The position numbers and the translations under genes were made by a program. A stretch of 63,760 nucleotides of DNA, counting the filler, from Asterionella formosa (taxonomy: Eukaryota), in the NCBI GenBank assembly GCA_002256025.1. It is 12 parts of 12 records of this genome, joined end to end, with 100 filler letters (N's around TTAATTAATTAA, not from the genome) between each part and the next. Parts side by side here need not be neighbours in the genome. Positions count along the whole stretch, not along the records: positions 21,327 to 26,549 come from NKIB01013162.1; positions 26,650 to 31,871 come from NKIB01013163.1; positions 31,972 to 37,190 come from NKIB01013165.1; positions 37,291 to 42,508 come from NKIB01013166.1; 8 more parts are not named here. The stretch is one strand, 5' to 3'. Below, one piece after another: positions 25,705 through 38,618 of the stretch. Within the stretch, counting starts at the first letter, position 1, and every line of letters starts with the position of its first letter. The notes under the pieces were generated by a model, which had not been told where the DNA came from, did not search any database, and saw only the letters and a list, made by a program, of their open reading frames with translations.

Positions 25705-26549
25705 GAGCAAACAACAATGAAGAGAGCCTCTTGCTTTCGCTCTCTTGATGGTATCAAAGATGCGGACAAGCTCTATAGTTAATACAAGTACAGCATGCCA
25801 AATGCAGAAACGAGCGATATGAAAAAGAAATGTAATCAGAATAATTCTATAACTATAGCTATGTGGACAGTAGTCTGTTACATTTTCGTATCTTCTTCTA
25901 CGCTGAATCTCAATAGTAGATGTAGTATCATGTGAGAATTTAAAATGTCAACGAGAACAAGTAGAATGTGTTTATTTACGGGTTGATTTGCGAGATTGTA
26001 ATGCTGGTGGTCGACGAAACGGATTCACAATGTGCGCTGTGTGCGAAACCATTACGAGTTCGAATGATTTCTTCTCTGTAAACTCTTAATTGAATGATCA
26101 TGAACAAAGGTACACTGCACATGAGTTCGAATGATTTCTTCTCTGTAAACTCTTAATTGAATGATCATGAACAAAGGTACACTGCACATAGCGATTACTC
26201 AAAGATGTAATGATCACTTGATCAACAATTGAAGACGTTAGCTATCGCAAACAATCGTTCCACTTGTCATCGCTAGTATTTCGTTGTTATTGCAAAAATA
26301 GGAGTGATGACGGATGGAAATGACGAGCCAAATTACATTACTTTAGCTGGTACATTATCCTACCAAGAAATTCGAATACAGGAATCTAATAGAAACAATA
26401 GATATATAAATTAAATATATCGAGTCAAAAGGGTTACTATTTAAATTACAAGGGCATTTATCAAAATTATTAGATGATACAACGAAAAATTATGATCAGA
26501 TGATCACAATCCTATGATGCATCATGGAAATATGATAGTTTTTATTTGC
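25705..26549. mobile_element. Terminal region of the putative Plavaka element
   Basis: Colinear with 58551-59330; ends ATGATAGTTTTTATTTGC. Contains a perfect 67-bp tandem duplication (26056-26189) absent from the other copy. An approximately 85-bp unit at about 25705 is repeated at about 25506. Confidence 0.75.
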
Positions 26550-26672
26550 NNNNNNNNNNNNNNNNNNNNNNNNNNNNNNNNNNNNNNNNNNNNTTAATTA
26601 ATTAANNNNNNNNNNNNNNNNNNNNNNNNNNNNNNNNNNNNNNNNNNNNCTGCCAACAATATACAAGTTGAA

Positions 26673-27686
26673 ATGAACGACACGCAAGTGTCTGTTATGC
26701 TCGCTCAAATGAGGTTAACCCATGAGAAGCATGTACCTGATTCAGCCTCCGTTCGGACCTCTCATTCTCTTCCCAAGACGTTGCCATCGACAAAGGCAGC
26801 CATCCCGAGGAGAAGGCGCATGTACAGAGCATCTGTCACTGGAATCTCCCCAATGGGACCGATCGTTGGCAAGGACATGGCTTCTGAAGATGGTTCTAGC
26901 GATCCGCCGCCAATCGAGCTTTTTGTAGACATCCTGGAAGAAAATGGATACACATATAGGGACTTTGAAAGTTCTGAGCTCGATGACTACTTTGTGCCTG
27001 TCACTCCAGACCGCGTGAAGGGATATTGCACTGTTATAATTGAGGCGGTCCGCTCCTCGGACATTGCGACTCTGAGAATAATGCACTTCGAAGAGAAGCG
27101 AAACTTAAACTGCTGCAATAAGTTCGGCGAGTCCATTCTACACACTGCCTGCAGACGTGGTCTTCCAGATGTTGTTAGTTTCTTGATCAAGGAAGCAAAG
27201 GTCGATCTTCGTGTCGTTGACGACTACGGCCGAACGCCGATGCACGATGCATGCTGGACATCCGAGCCCAACATGGAGCTAGTCATACTCCTTGTAACTG
27301 AGTGGCCCGACCTATTGTTAATCAAAGACAAACGAGGATTTACCCCCTTGCAGTATGTGCGCAACACACATTTTGAAAAGTGGTGTGAATTCTTGCGGGG
27401 GAACAATCCAATCCTTCTGCCCAAGTTGCTCATCCACTCTAAATTTGCTCCCAGTGAATATGAGGTAAGCGAGAACGATGTTGTCGCTTGTCGCAATGTC
27501 AACCAAACCGAACATGTCAAGAAGTATTACCTACTCACCCATTTGTTTTTAACTACCTTCATGGTAGTGAAATCTTCAAAAGTGACTTCAATGGATAATG
27601 TATTCCTGCGCGTGATCGTTTTATTACCATCGAGGTGGGCTCCTTGGACTATCCAAGGTACTACTACCACTTTTGCAATAACATAA
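26673..27686 (+). CDS. Ankyrin-repeat protein (diatom-type); 5' end possibly truncated, 3' end probably spliced at about 27465
   Basis: NKFGESILHTACRRG, DDYGRTPMHDACW, DKRGFTPLQYV. A GTAAGC donor follows SEYE. Confidence 0.85.
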   Translation: MNDTQVSVMLAQMRLTHEKHVPDSASVRTSHSLPKTLPSTKAAIPRRRRMYRASVTGISPMGPIVGKDMASEDGSSDPPPIELFVDILEENGYTYRDFESSELDDYFVPVTPDRVKGYCTVIIEAVRSSDIATLRIMHFEEKRNLNCCNKFGESILHTACRRGLPDVVSFLIKEAKVDLRVVDDYGRTPMHDACWTSEPNMELVILLVTEWPDLLLIKDKRGFTPLQYVRNTHFEKWCEFLRGNNPILLPKLLIHSKFAPSEYEVSENDVVACRNVNQTEHVKKYYLLTHLFLTTFMVVKSSKVTSMDNVFLRVIVLLPSRWAPWTIQGTTTTFAIT

Positions 27687-27923
27687 CTTGTAGCTTCGAA
27701 CTCTTCCTGCCTGCACCCACTGATAGATGTTGTGGTAGCATCAATTCCGTCATGTCAGCACTTTATGAGTGCAGTGGAGGCAACATTAAGAGAAGCAATC
27801 AATCGTACTAGTAAATGGAATGCTGCGACCAGTATTACCTAGCAGCTGAATTTAGTCAATTCGCCAACAGCGGTACCTGTTGGAAAATAATAATAGTAAT
27901 AAAAGTAAAAAGAAGAACTGAAT

Positions 27924-28305
27924 TCATTTAACCTTGTTCTTGTTACGATCCAGATATTGGGTCAAATAAAAGAGAGTACTTGGGTTGCGTGCCTTCCTTG
28001 CTAGTTTAGCATCCGCGAGGCATTTATCACAGGCTAAAAGGTATTTATTGACTTGTGATACATGGCAGTGGGCATCTCCCTTAGCATAAACAGCTTCAAC
28101 AGCATCCATAACAGCCATAGTCTCATTTTGACATGGGGTTGCGTAGCGTTTCCCTAGCTGCGAAGAAAGCGTGTAAGGATCAAATCGACAACAAACGGAT
28201 CATTTTGATACACACACATCAAGCATGCTGGTACGAATTTGCTTGACTCACTCTTGAGGCCATTTTCATCTGATCCAGCGAGATTTTGATTGGTACTCTT
28301 GGCAT
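27924..28305 (-). CDS. 95-aa basic helical protein, possibly mitoribosomal mS37 (CHCHD1/Mrp10)-like
   Basis: Exon 28305-28252, intron 28251-28158 (GTGAGT...TCGCAG), exon 28157-27924. PCQNE...HC...ACDKC...RKARNPSTLFYLTQY resembles the mS37 layout. Confidence 0.5.
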
Positions 28306-31300
28306 GATGGCAGATAGATCTGGTCACGACAACAGCAGCAACAAGTGCGGACCAATGTGTAGATTGTTGTTTATATGAATATCGTTTCGTTTTATGTACT
28401 ATATATACCAGTAGCGGAAAACTTTGGTAATTTGTATGTAGACTACGATAAATAGACTTCCGGTATTAATAAGTTTGTATAAAATGAAACATAAATTATA
28501 AACTCGGTAGACACTACCGGTAGACTAGCACAGGTACCTGGTACCTGGTACCGGTAGATGTACTCCTCGATCTCATCGTGAATGTGCGTACAGGTATCGT
28601 AGACTATTCCCAAATATACCGGTAGTAACCTGGTAGACTACCGAACGCACCGGTATACCGGTAATACTCTATGAATTATGCATCGATAAGAATACCGGGT
28701 ATACTACGTATGCATCATTTCATCACCGTATGTAATCCACCTGCACAGTATGTACTGGTACAAACGGTATGTAGCCACTCCTCATTTCCTCCTCCTTCGG
28801 CGTCCACACGAAAGTTTTAGCTACAGTAACGGCCGGCATGACGAGCACGGTACCAGTCCCAGGTAGCATCGTACAGGTACATACTTTCCGATAAACACAA
28901 AAAGTGTTCATTATTTGTTTCGACATAATTTTGGAAACACAGCAACTCAGCTCAGGTCGATCTGAACGACTTCGATCGAGCCAACAGCCAACGAGGAATG
29001 CTCACCGTAGAACATGGAAACAACCAGTTAGATGCTTAAATAGACAACGAGGATCGGATTTGGTTGACAACTGTCTCTTCTTCTTCTTCTTGATTACAAA
29101 GTTAAATAAAAAATCGGACTGTCATAACGCTCTGTCATCATGTGAGTTTCTACCAGGAACTTATCATGGTTCAATCCATGATCCAAAATACATGTCAAAC
29201 GTTGAAAATACTATGACATGCATGGGAGACTTATGTGTGCAAGCACGTACAAACTGCATTCTCTTGCAGCAACAGAGTTCCACCATACTCTGGAGCTTTC
29301 CAAACTATTTCAGAATGCCAGAGGAACGGGGAGACGTTAGCAGCGCTGTAGATATTTACCAGTTCACTGCTAGTAGCTCCTCTACATTGTTTGAGAACCA
29401 TTTCCCATGATATCATGCCACTCACACCTCTTCATTGGACGCAACAACACAGTTGCATACTTTTCACGATTTCATGGATATCCAAACTGCACATTGTATT
29501 TTTCATTAGAATGATCAACTACAGTATGGTACGTACATAGGTCGACTTGCGTGCGCGTCATAACTCCCGATGCATCCTTTTTCGGTTCAGTACCTGGACC
29601 TTGCGGTTCAAAGCAACGTACTCAAACCTTCATGCGGATGCGATATTGATATTTTGGAATTGAGTTTTAATAGCGTGATTTCCGATTTTTACCTTGGTGA
29701 AAATATGCGTGTCGTTGGAACGTGACATCTCATCACACTTTGCACAGTTTTTGTGCGTGATGAAGGTTTAACTTTCATCGATTCCCCTAAGATTTCACGT
29801 CAGTCCTCTAACCCACATTCGTTTCATTATTATTTCAAAGATTTTGGAACCAAAATTTACTGGATCTTGAGATGATTAGCATTCGAGACGAGCAAAGTAG
29901 TCTTGTGCTTTCTGATACAATGTGACATTTGTATTTGAGGTGTGTACATTATAAAAACGCCAACCCACCATGAAATACTTTGGATTTTCTTGGGCCAGTT
30001 GGAAGCATGGGTTAACTGGGTGATGAACAAATGTATTATTCCATGTGAGAGCTGACAGGGAATTGCGAAACTTGCAACATTACAGGTTAGCACTTTTGTT
30101 TACTACCACCATCAGGACTAGGGTCCTGTTGGGAAGAAATCCCCTGCCAGTTTGCTGAACAGTGAGACTACTGACTCACCAAAGTCGCTATAATTCAAAT
30201 TGATTATGGAAACTGTTAAAGTGTTTCCTTTGTAAGATCCAATTGACACTCACTAAGGTGATTATAAGTGTAATTTATTTCTCTGTTATTGCTATATTCA
30301 TACTGTGGGATATCTAGCTTTACTTTACTTCTCCATTGACTGATCTACATTCAATCAACTGTGCTTGTCTCCAAATGATGTTTGGGATACTCAACACATA
30401 CCTAATGGCACTTGCTTTAACTCTAGGTGAATCACTTGTAGTCTGATTAAGGTGACACTGGTCGTCTGACTACAATTTGTCACCCAGCTCATCGCTTGTG
30501 CTGTGGCTACTGGTAACTTGGAATATTCATCATTGACGCATTCAACTCCAACTAGAACTTTCAAGGTCAGGTTCTTTTAACACCAGTGCATCAGATTTTG
30601 TATACTAAGGAACCCAAGAATGATGGACAAAAGGAAGTAAATCTTTGCAGTTACTATCAGGCATTGACATCAGAAAAATGAGTCATGCATATAAGAAAAC
30701 TAACTTGAAGGGTACACAACCAACATTGCCAAAACATGAGGAAACAGATAGGCCAAGAATGGTTTTGCTCCCATGCAATTCCCACAAATACAGGACATTA
30801 CAAAGCCCTCCAGACCAATGAAGCTCAAGGAGTTGGAAGACTGTGGCTATGACTCCTCAAATTCTGATAAAATATGCTGGAGAAAGCGATATCAATTATT
30901 TCATTACTTGTACAAAGGTTAACATCGGAATAAAACCAGTAGTTAAATAAATTAGTCCATATTAAATTGATTTCATTTCTTGTCCACTCCTCCAACGATA
31001 ACAGGTGGTTGTTGCAAACCCAGATTTCATGTTCTAGTAAAAATAACATCTTGCAGAACAGAGCTTTTGGGCATTATTGTGAATGGCTCAAAACAGTACT
31101 AGGTGAATAGCCCCAACAAAGCAGTGGTGATGAAGTGACTGGGATTATCTTGGCAATTAATTGATTATACTTTTTGTTGTCGCTCATTTCTGCAGTATCC
31201 AAAATATCATTGACAATTTTCTTCGTCTCATTGATCACATAAGGTTCGACACACTCTTGGGGCAAAAAATCGTGTGTCCTCCATTTTCTTCGAAAAGGGG

Positions 31301-32599
31301 TTGTAAGTTCGGAATCGATAGCTGACCCTTCGTACTATCTAATACTTTCTTCCATTTTTAAAAAATTGCATATTTATGAAGTTATGCTCGTTTCCGCAAA
31401 AACGTGCGTCCATTTTCGGGAATCCCAAAATCCTTACCAATTCGCCAAGTATCACGCACTACGGGCGGGCTACGGGAGAAATAGAAACAAATAAAAGCAT
31501 GGTAGATGTACTAGCGAAATATTCAACACGGTAGAATCAAGTGCAAATATGTAGTCAAGTGTGCTTGAACTCCTCTCGAGCGAGGACTCTAGTTTAGTAG
31601 TTCAAACTGATACTATAGGGGATAAAGTAGCCCCCCTTGCCTCTCTACAGACACCAGCATATGCTTTAACAGCATTTATAAATCCCTCTCTTTGTCCAAT
31701 TTTATGACATTCACTGGTCAAGGGTCAGTGAAATACCTCAACCTGTTCTGGAGCTGCTTGTTTGTCCAAATAACAATCATATCCTCATTATGTATGACTG
31801 CATGAATCAGTGGAGTTATATGAGGCACAAGTGCAAGCTTCTCTGCTCCAATGATACTACAGCTGCCACCTNNNNNNNNNNNNNNNNNNNNNNNNNNNNN
31901 NNNNNNNNNNNNNNNTTAATTAATTAANNNNNNNNNNNNNNNNNNNNNNNNNNNNNNNNNNNNNNNNNNNNCATTTTCTTGCCTCTCGTATAACAACTAG
32001 AACAGAACTAATAATTGGGTAATTCCAAATGACCAATGCATACCGGTAGGTCCTAAATCGGCTGCAGTAAAAACGAATGACCCATCGGATAATAAACTTA
32101 AAATGCCTTTTTATTATGCTCCAGAAAAAATGGAAGTTGGAACCCCTGGTACCAGGGTACCTGGTACTGGTACTTAAACTAATTCCAGTCATACATAGAT
32201 GCTCCATAGCTAACATAGAAAGGGTCGAACTAGATTTTTTTGTCACCCAGCAGCTGTATGCAATGTATCGCAATGTTAAGCAAACGGAAAAGTCATACCT
32301 ACCATCCGAATTTATGAAAAGTCATACCTACCATCCGAATTTATATATATGTCGTTACCCTGCCAGTGGAACATTTTTATTTTACAGGTTCGCTCCTGGT
32401 ACCAGGTACAGTATAAGCAACACCGGTAATTTGTTAACCCTCCAGAAAAAATGGACGAAGCAAACAAGCGCGGAACAACAGCCAAATATTATGTTGGCTA
32501 CAGACCAAGGAAGATCCGAAAAATCGAGATATTTAGCTTGATTTATTCTAGAGGGAAAAAGTGTTTTGCCGGACTTACCACAGGTATGAGTATATGTAT

Positions 32600-32621
32600 A
32601 GGGTTAGGGTTAGGGTTAGGG
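32600..32621. repeat. Short interstitial (TTAGGG)n tract
   Basis: AGGGTTAGGGTTAGGGTTAGGG; a shorter (CCCTAA)n tract lies at about 45149-45165. Confidence 0.8.
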
Positions 32622-35600
32622 TGATGGCAAGTAGCTCAGAACTCAACTACCAGGTACCGGTAGGTAACAGTTACCTGGTACCTGGTACCGAAAAACCAGG
32701 TTTCTCGCATCCCCCCATATACCTGCCTGCACCCCCCTTTGTACATTGGGCACACGACTCCCAAATATTTTCATGTCTCCAGAAAAATAACACCATATTA
32801 TTCCATTCTACCTATTTGCTATTGTATTTATACTATAATTGTATTCTTACCAGTCAACATCATCATGAAACAACAATCAACCCCAACACAAGCCATGCCA
32901 ATGACTTTTCCTGATGGCAATACTATCCTTGCTTGGTCTGAGATCTATGCATTTCAACAGTTGAAGCTGCAAATTGCAAGCTTGTTGTGGCATGATTGTC
33001 AAGCTGAATGCTACAGGCACAGGCAGTGTTAAAATCAATTTCATCTGCTGCCTCATGATGCATAAATATATTGTGCATGTCATACTAACAACTCTGGCTG
33101 GTCCAATAATCATATAAGTGATTTGATTGGCTGGCTCATCTCAATTTCTATCAGGATCCAAGTCATAGAACCTACACACATTATCACCTTTGTAGGATTA
33201 GGTACAAAGATTACACACTCTAGGAAAGGATCCTGTGTCAAGACCAGGAATAGACTCGTCCTCAAGCTCATGTGCGTATCATCCAGATAATAAAGAGACC
33301 TGGTCCAAGGAAGATTTGATGGTGATTGTAATTCGCTCTATGGTGTATGCCCAATATGTGGCAGAACGAGTTTGAATTGTTCAATGAAAACAACAGAGAC
33401 CAATCGATTTGCTCACTTTTGACTTACTTTGAGAGTCAATAATCATTAAAAGATCATCTCAAGCAAATCCCCAAGCATGGGGTCTACCATAGTAATACGA
33501 GATTGTCTTCGCATCTGCCTTCTTGCTGAAGGCAATTGTGTTATGTTTCAAGAATCCAAGCGTGGTGACTAGTGTCAATTTAACAAAAGATTGTCTTCAC
33601 ATGATCGCTAAAGGCAATCATGTGATGCATCAAGAAAACAGGCGTGTCACTTGAAAATTTATACACAATAATTTTACACTAAGTGCTGGTTGTGGCAGCA
33701 AGGGTCCATACAAAAGTGATTCCAGCCAGCCGTGCATGCAAGTGTGAGACAACGGTCAAACATATGGCCCCTCAAGCTATCATATCAACACTACTATTGC
33801 GTGGAAATTCTATGCAGCGAGAATTATCATACTGACAAGCCGACTAGTACCCCTGTTCATGTTTTCTACAAATCCATGGGTTAACCCGCCCTATAATGAT
33901 GAAATCTGGTTAGGATAATGTTCCGATGGCCATACCTGCCGACTTTTAAGAATCTGCCTAGGAGTCACAAAAACCCCTGTTGGTCAGCTACCGGTAGTGG
34001 TGGCCTTTGTGCCTAAAATCCAGTAGAATGCTGAAAAGATCGCCAAAACAGAAACATGTGCGACAATAGAGATGCTATTTTTATTACTGTACATATGACG
34101 ACATATTGAAAATGTCTCACTTCAGTCATCATGCGAATAAAATTTGTTATTCACATGATAATTACAGTCTGAATACCGCAGTTTTGGTTATGGGGATATT
34201 TAAATTGGATAGAGAATTCAATATCTCCCATGCATGGTGATATCAACGCCAAATCCCGGTCTCATGTTTTTCTGCCTAAGAATACATTAGCTTTGTTGAA
34301 TTTTATTCTCATGTAATAAATAATACCAGAATTTTTGGATGCTTTGCATATTCATGAAATAAAACAAGTGTTATTTGATAGTGGTGGGTCTCTTTCTTTA
34401 ACACATGACCTGCGCCTGGTACCTCAGGATACAAGTTCACTGTCTATCAAAAATCTTCAATTAATATATTCCATGCATGACAGGTTTCTTCTATACATCC
34501 CAGTATTCTTTTATATGAAATGATTCTCCCAAACTCAATAGGTCCTCAGCTTGTACACTACACCAGAAGTGGCAAGTCTTTAATGAGGACTTATGCAAGT
34601 TTTGCTTCTTTGTCAAGCTGATATGGATGTTGTGCACATTACCATGTCCTGTATGCTGGATATAACAGTATTTATGCATCAAAACTTACATTATCAGTTT
34701 ACTGAGGATACCTCTGATTGCTGATTAGGTTCAGTTGTCATGCAAATAGGACTTCCCAGTTGCTTATTAGTCTGGCAAATTTTCAGCTGCTCAGAAAAAT
34801 TACACAAACATTGAATGAGAATTACTGTCTGTGGTGAATACATTTAGGTACAATACCTTAAACACTCATTGTGTTCGCCAATGGCATCTATCTATTATTT
34901 TGAAGAATATTATTCTTATTTTCATTTTTTGAAGGGGACCGATAATGCTTTTGCAGATTCTGTCTCTTGCCTCCTGGCTGAGGAGACTTGCGTCTTTGAT
35001 GGGGGATGATATTGGACCAACATCTTCAGCATCAACATCCGATTCTACTTTCTGCTTACTACTACTTGTCTTCTCAATCATCCAGTGTTAGCAAACAATA
35101 TTCAATATTCTTTGGATTAAAGACCTTTGCTTCCCTAGTTTTGTTAGCATAGGTGATTCCCTACCATCTTTTGCGAAAGGTGATTGTCTTAGCTGCAGCG
35201 CGCATTAGGCAGCGGGAATTCCGATCGCAAGCGGGGGGGGGGGGGGACAGACCAAATTTTATTACAAACCAGGCAAGATTGTGAGGGATGGTAAGGAGAG
35301 TGGGAGTCGATCCCAAAAATTGTTTCTATGGAGAAGGGCGGAATCAACAAGCTGTGCATAGCATCACGGTTTGTCAAGAGCAAATGCCAAGATGATCAAT
35401 TGCTGGGATTGGAAATACGGAATGACTCGTCCCCTTTCAGTGATTCAATAGCTCCTTTTCGATTTGGTGACTGGCCAACCATCAATGTCGACAAAAGAAA
35501 TCGGTAAGTGCTATCATCTTTGGATCAATTCACAACTGTTAGAAAAACTGACACATTAATTTTGCTTCTTTCAAGATAATGGTAGACAAACAGTATTTGT

Positions 35601-36109
35601 AAGTTACAAACAGCATTGTTGGAGCCCATTTAGCTATTGATCGATAATTTCTCATTCAATCTTCAACTGACGCATTCTTTTACAGAAATATGCATCAGTT
35701 ACTTCCTCAATTTGTGGTAAGTGAAGGCAGATAGAAGCGAAATGCATGTTGTTGTGTAAGCAAAACATGAACAGCTAACAATTAATTGCTTCTCTTTGTT
35801 AGTATGGCTGATTGGAACAACCAAACAGATTCATTAGTAATGGGAAAATGCGTGAATGCAAAGTCAGATCCATCAGGAGTAAATGGAACAAATCAAGCAG
35901 GGGAACAACGGCAAGGCAACCAGTACTACTACAACAACATTCAGAATTGGATTGGGGGGAAGAAGGTGGAAGTGAAAGCAGCTGAAGCACCAATCATTGC
36001 GATGAGAGCATTGTAGAACATTCTGTAGCCACTCAAGATATAGAAACATAAAACCATTCTCAAACATAATTCTAAATTTCGATCAATTTCATCCTATTTT
36101 AGACAGTGA

Positions 36110-36364
36110 TATCGACGAGAATTACGATCATGCTAAGATAGATGTATGACAAAAGTATACACACCATCATATCATATGACCATGTTTAACTAATTATATG
36201 ATGCAATGGTATCATATCTATGATAGTATCATCATACTCAAAGCTTGGTAAAAGTTTACTGCATGATCATAATTATATGAAACATTGATCATATAATTAT
36301 GATCATGCACCACTTAGCGTACGATACCCTTGACCCTATATTCATGATAGTTTTGATTTGCAGA
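36110..36364. mobile_element. Putative opposite end of the Plavaka-family element
   Basis: Ends ATGATAGTTTTGATTTGCAGA versus ATGATAGTTTTTATTTGC at 26532-26549. Dense TATGAT/GATCAT subterminal motifs, but a different internal sequence. Confidence 0.5.
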
Positions 36365-37324
36365 GGACATTAGAGTCTTTTCCCTTGATAACCAACAGCA
36401 TCATAGTGTCTTCCATAGTAGCTTAAGAAATAAACAACAACACTAGGTGAGATGTTGATTTTGATCAGGTTAAAACTAGTACTGTAATGATGATCACCCA
36501 ATTGAATTTCCATATTTTGGCACTGTCACTGCCTGTCTTGGGCCCAATTTTCATTATTGCTTAAATAGTATTTCCCAGAGTGTTAACATTTGCTTTTCTG
36601 GATTTACTCTGCTAAATTAATGTTTATAATGTGACATGATACTGGCATATATACTTATATTTAGTAGTATTTATATTCCTCTTGTGTCAGAGTGTGTCTG
36701 TTAGGCTGTTGATGTCGACAGGTGTCCGAAGACTAGACTAGATGTAGTCTGAGGAATGTCTAAATGGAACTAGACAGGATTTATATAGCAAAAACAAAAT
36801 GCAGAATAGCGGTGCGAGAAAGATCTTTTTTACCGGTCATTCCATGGAAGTACTGGAGCGCGCTAGTAGAAGAGGTGCCATATATATCAGAACTCCTGTT
36901 CGCGTACATACATGTACCGGTAGTCGTCCATGTCGGATCCCACGGAACACACGGCTGTGGCAAGAACGAAAAGCAATATTCAAATCATTAGACCGCTTAT
37001 TTATTGACTGTCAAACGTCGAGACGAGGAAGAACAACACCAACAACAGCAGCAGCCACAGCCACAGCATCAGCATCAGACATGGTTCATATTTGTATGTG
37101 ACCAGGAATGCAGCAGAATGTTCGACTTGTGCCTGACCAAACAGTCGATCTCACCATTGCGCTCTTCTTTCGTTCAGCGGTAGCAGCGTANNNNNNNNNN
37201 NNNNNNNNNNNNNNNNNNNNNNNNNNNNNNNNNNTTAATTAATTAANNNNNNNNNNNNNNNNNNNNNNNNNNNNNNNNNNNNNNNNNNNNTAGTTAGTTC
37301 TAACTACCCTGGTATCCGGTACCT

Positions 37325-37414
37325 GCAAGTTGCGGTCATTTTGCTGTAACTGACATTTTAATCTGGGATAAAGGTAGCTAAATCGTTAGTTTCAGCAATA
37401 TTACCGCAACTTGC
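37325..37414. mobile_element. 90-bp MITE-like element with about 22-bp TIRs (best copy)
   Basis: GCAAGTTGCGGTCATTTTGCTG...CAGCAATATTACCGCAACTTGC (2 mismatches). Confidence 0.75.
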
Positions 37415-38618
37415 TGATACCCTGGTACCCTGGTGCCAGGTACCTTCCTTCTCACATGATCTTGATCCTCAAAGGTAACTTGTGTGTATGTAAATACATA
37501 TGATGAGAGACCAACGGCGAGATACTAACCAGTTTACATACATACTATCCTGGCACCTTTAGCTATCTCTCGTTCAAATACCGGTACCGGTATTGCGTAC
37601 TGGCCCCGCATGGGAGCTCGAGGTAAGACGATTTTTTGTTGACGTTATTTTTTCAGACGATTTCTTGTCAGACACATAACTAAATAGTTTTCAGGCATCA
37701 GCAACTACCTGGTAACAAAGTACCAGGTACCAGTATTTGTCAGACACATACAGTTAGCCTCAGGCACATACCGGTACTATAATTGGCACTAAAACAGATT
37801 TTAGACGATTTAATTTACTTGGAAGTAACGGAATAAATTGGAGGAGCCTTATAATTGCATTAAAAAAAATCAAGTACCGGCAATAGACGAGCCTGCCACA
37901 CCTACCATAGGTCTGTTTCGAGGAGGCCAGCATGTTCAAATTGAATATTCCGCTATGCGCACCTGTGGCTAAATATTTCATTTATATAAACTTGCAGGTA
38001 CCAGTACCAGTATGTCAGTACATGGACCACCACCAGCACCAGCACCAAAACGGCATGACTCGTATGGATAATGAGAAATAGAACAGACCGGCATATACTG
38101 ACATGCGGGAACAGCTACACACATATGTAGAAATACATACATGCATGAATACATTTATACAAACATATTAGGAATTCTCTTCATGGATGCATCTCACCAA
38201 CAATCATCAGGCACAGCAGGACATGGATGATGACGATGGTTGAATAAAATGTTGACAACAGCGAAAACGGAGTAATCGTAAGTGTACTACATCATACTAC
38301 CGTTACGGCATTTGCCATTTCTGATGTTCATGCGAGCGTCTCTCCCAACAAGTAAGGCAATTATAGATGAAGAAAAGCGCACTTGTTTGATTCTACCGCT
38401 AGACAAACGAGTTGCAAGGTGCTTTGAGGGCCCAGTACACCAATTTCAATTAGATAAAGAGAGACGAGTTCTGAATTTAAAATGGCGCAAAATCCATTGC
38501 TAGGTAGGTTGGGTTTTCATGATGCGTTGCGTACAATTAGTACTGCGTTCTACAGAGTTCCGTTTGCCGTTTGCAAACCAATCCTCCTCTTCCTTGCACG
38601 GACAATGAAAGCCCCAAC

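Noticed and set aside
28900..31871. Short ORFs suggesting a decayed mobile element
   Set aside because: No recognisable domain or termini.
32600..32621. TTAGGG tract as a true telomere
   Set aside because: Only 3-4 units and internal to the scaffold.
33870..33900. PWVNPPY resembling a DIRS adenine methyltransferase motif
   Set aside because: Isolated match with no supporting RT, RNase H or tyrosine recombinase motifs.
37081..37190. ATGGTTCATATTT-GTATGT as the first exon of a gene
   Set aside because: Only four codons before a putative intron and the scaffold end; cannot be identified.
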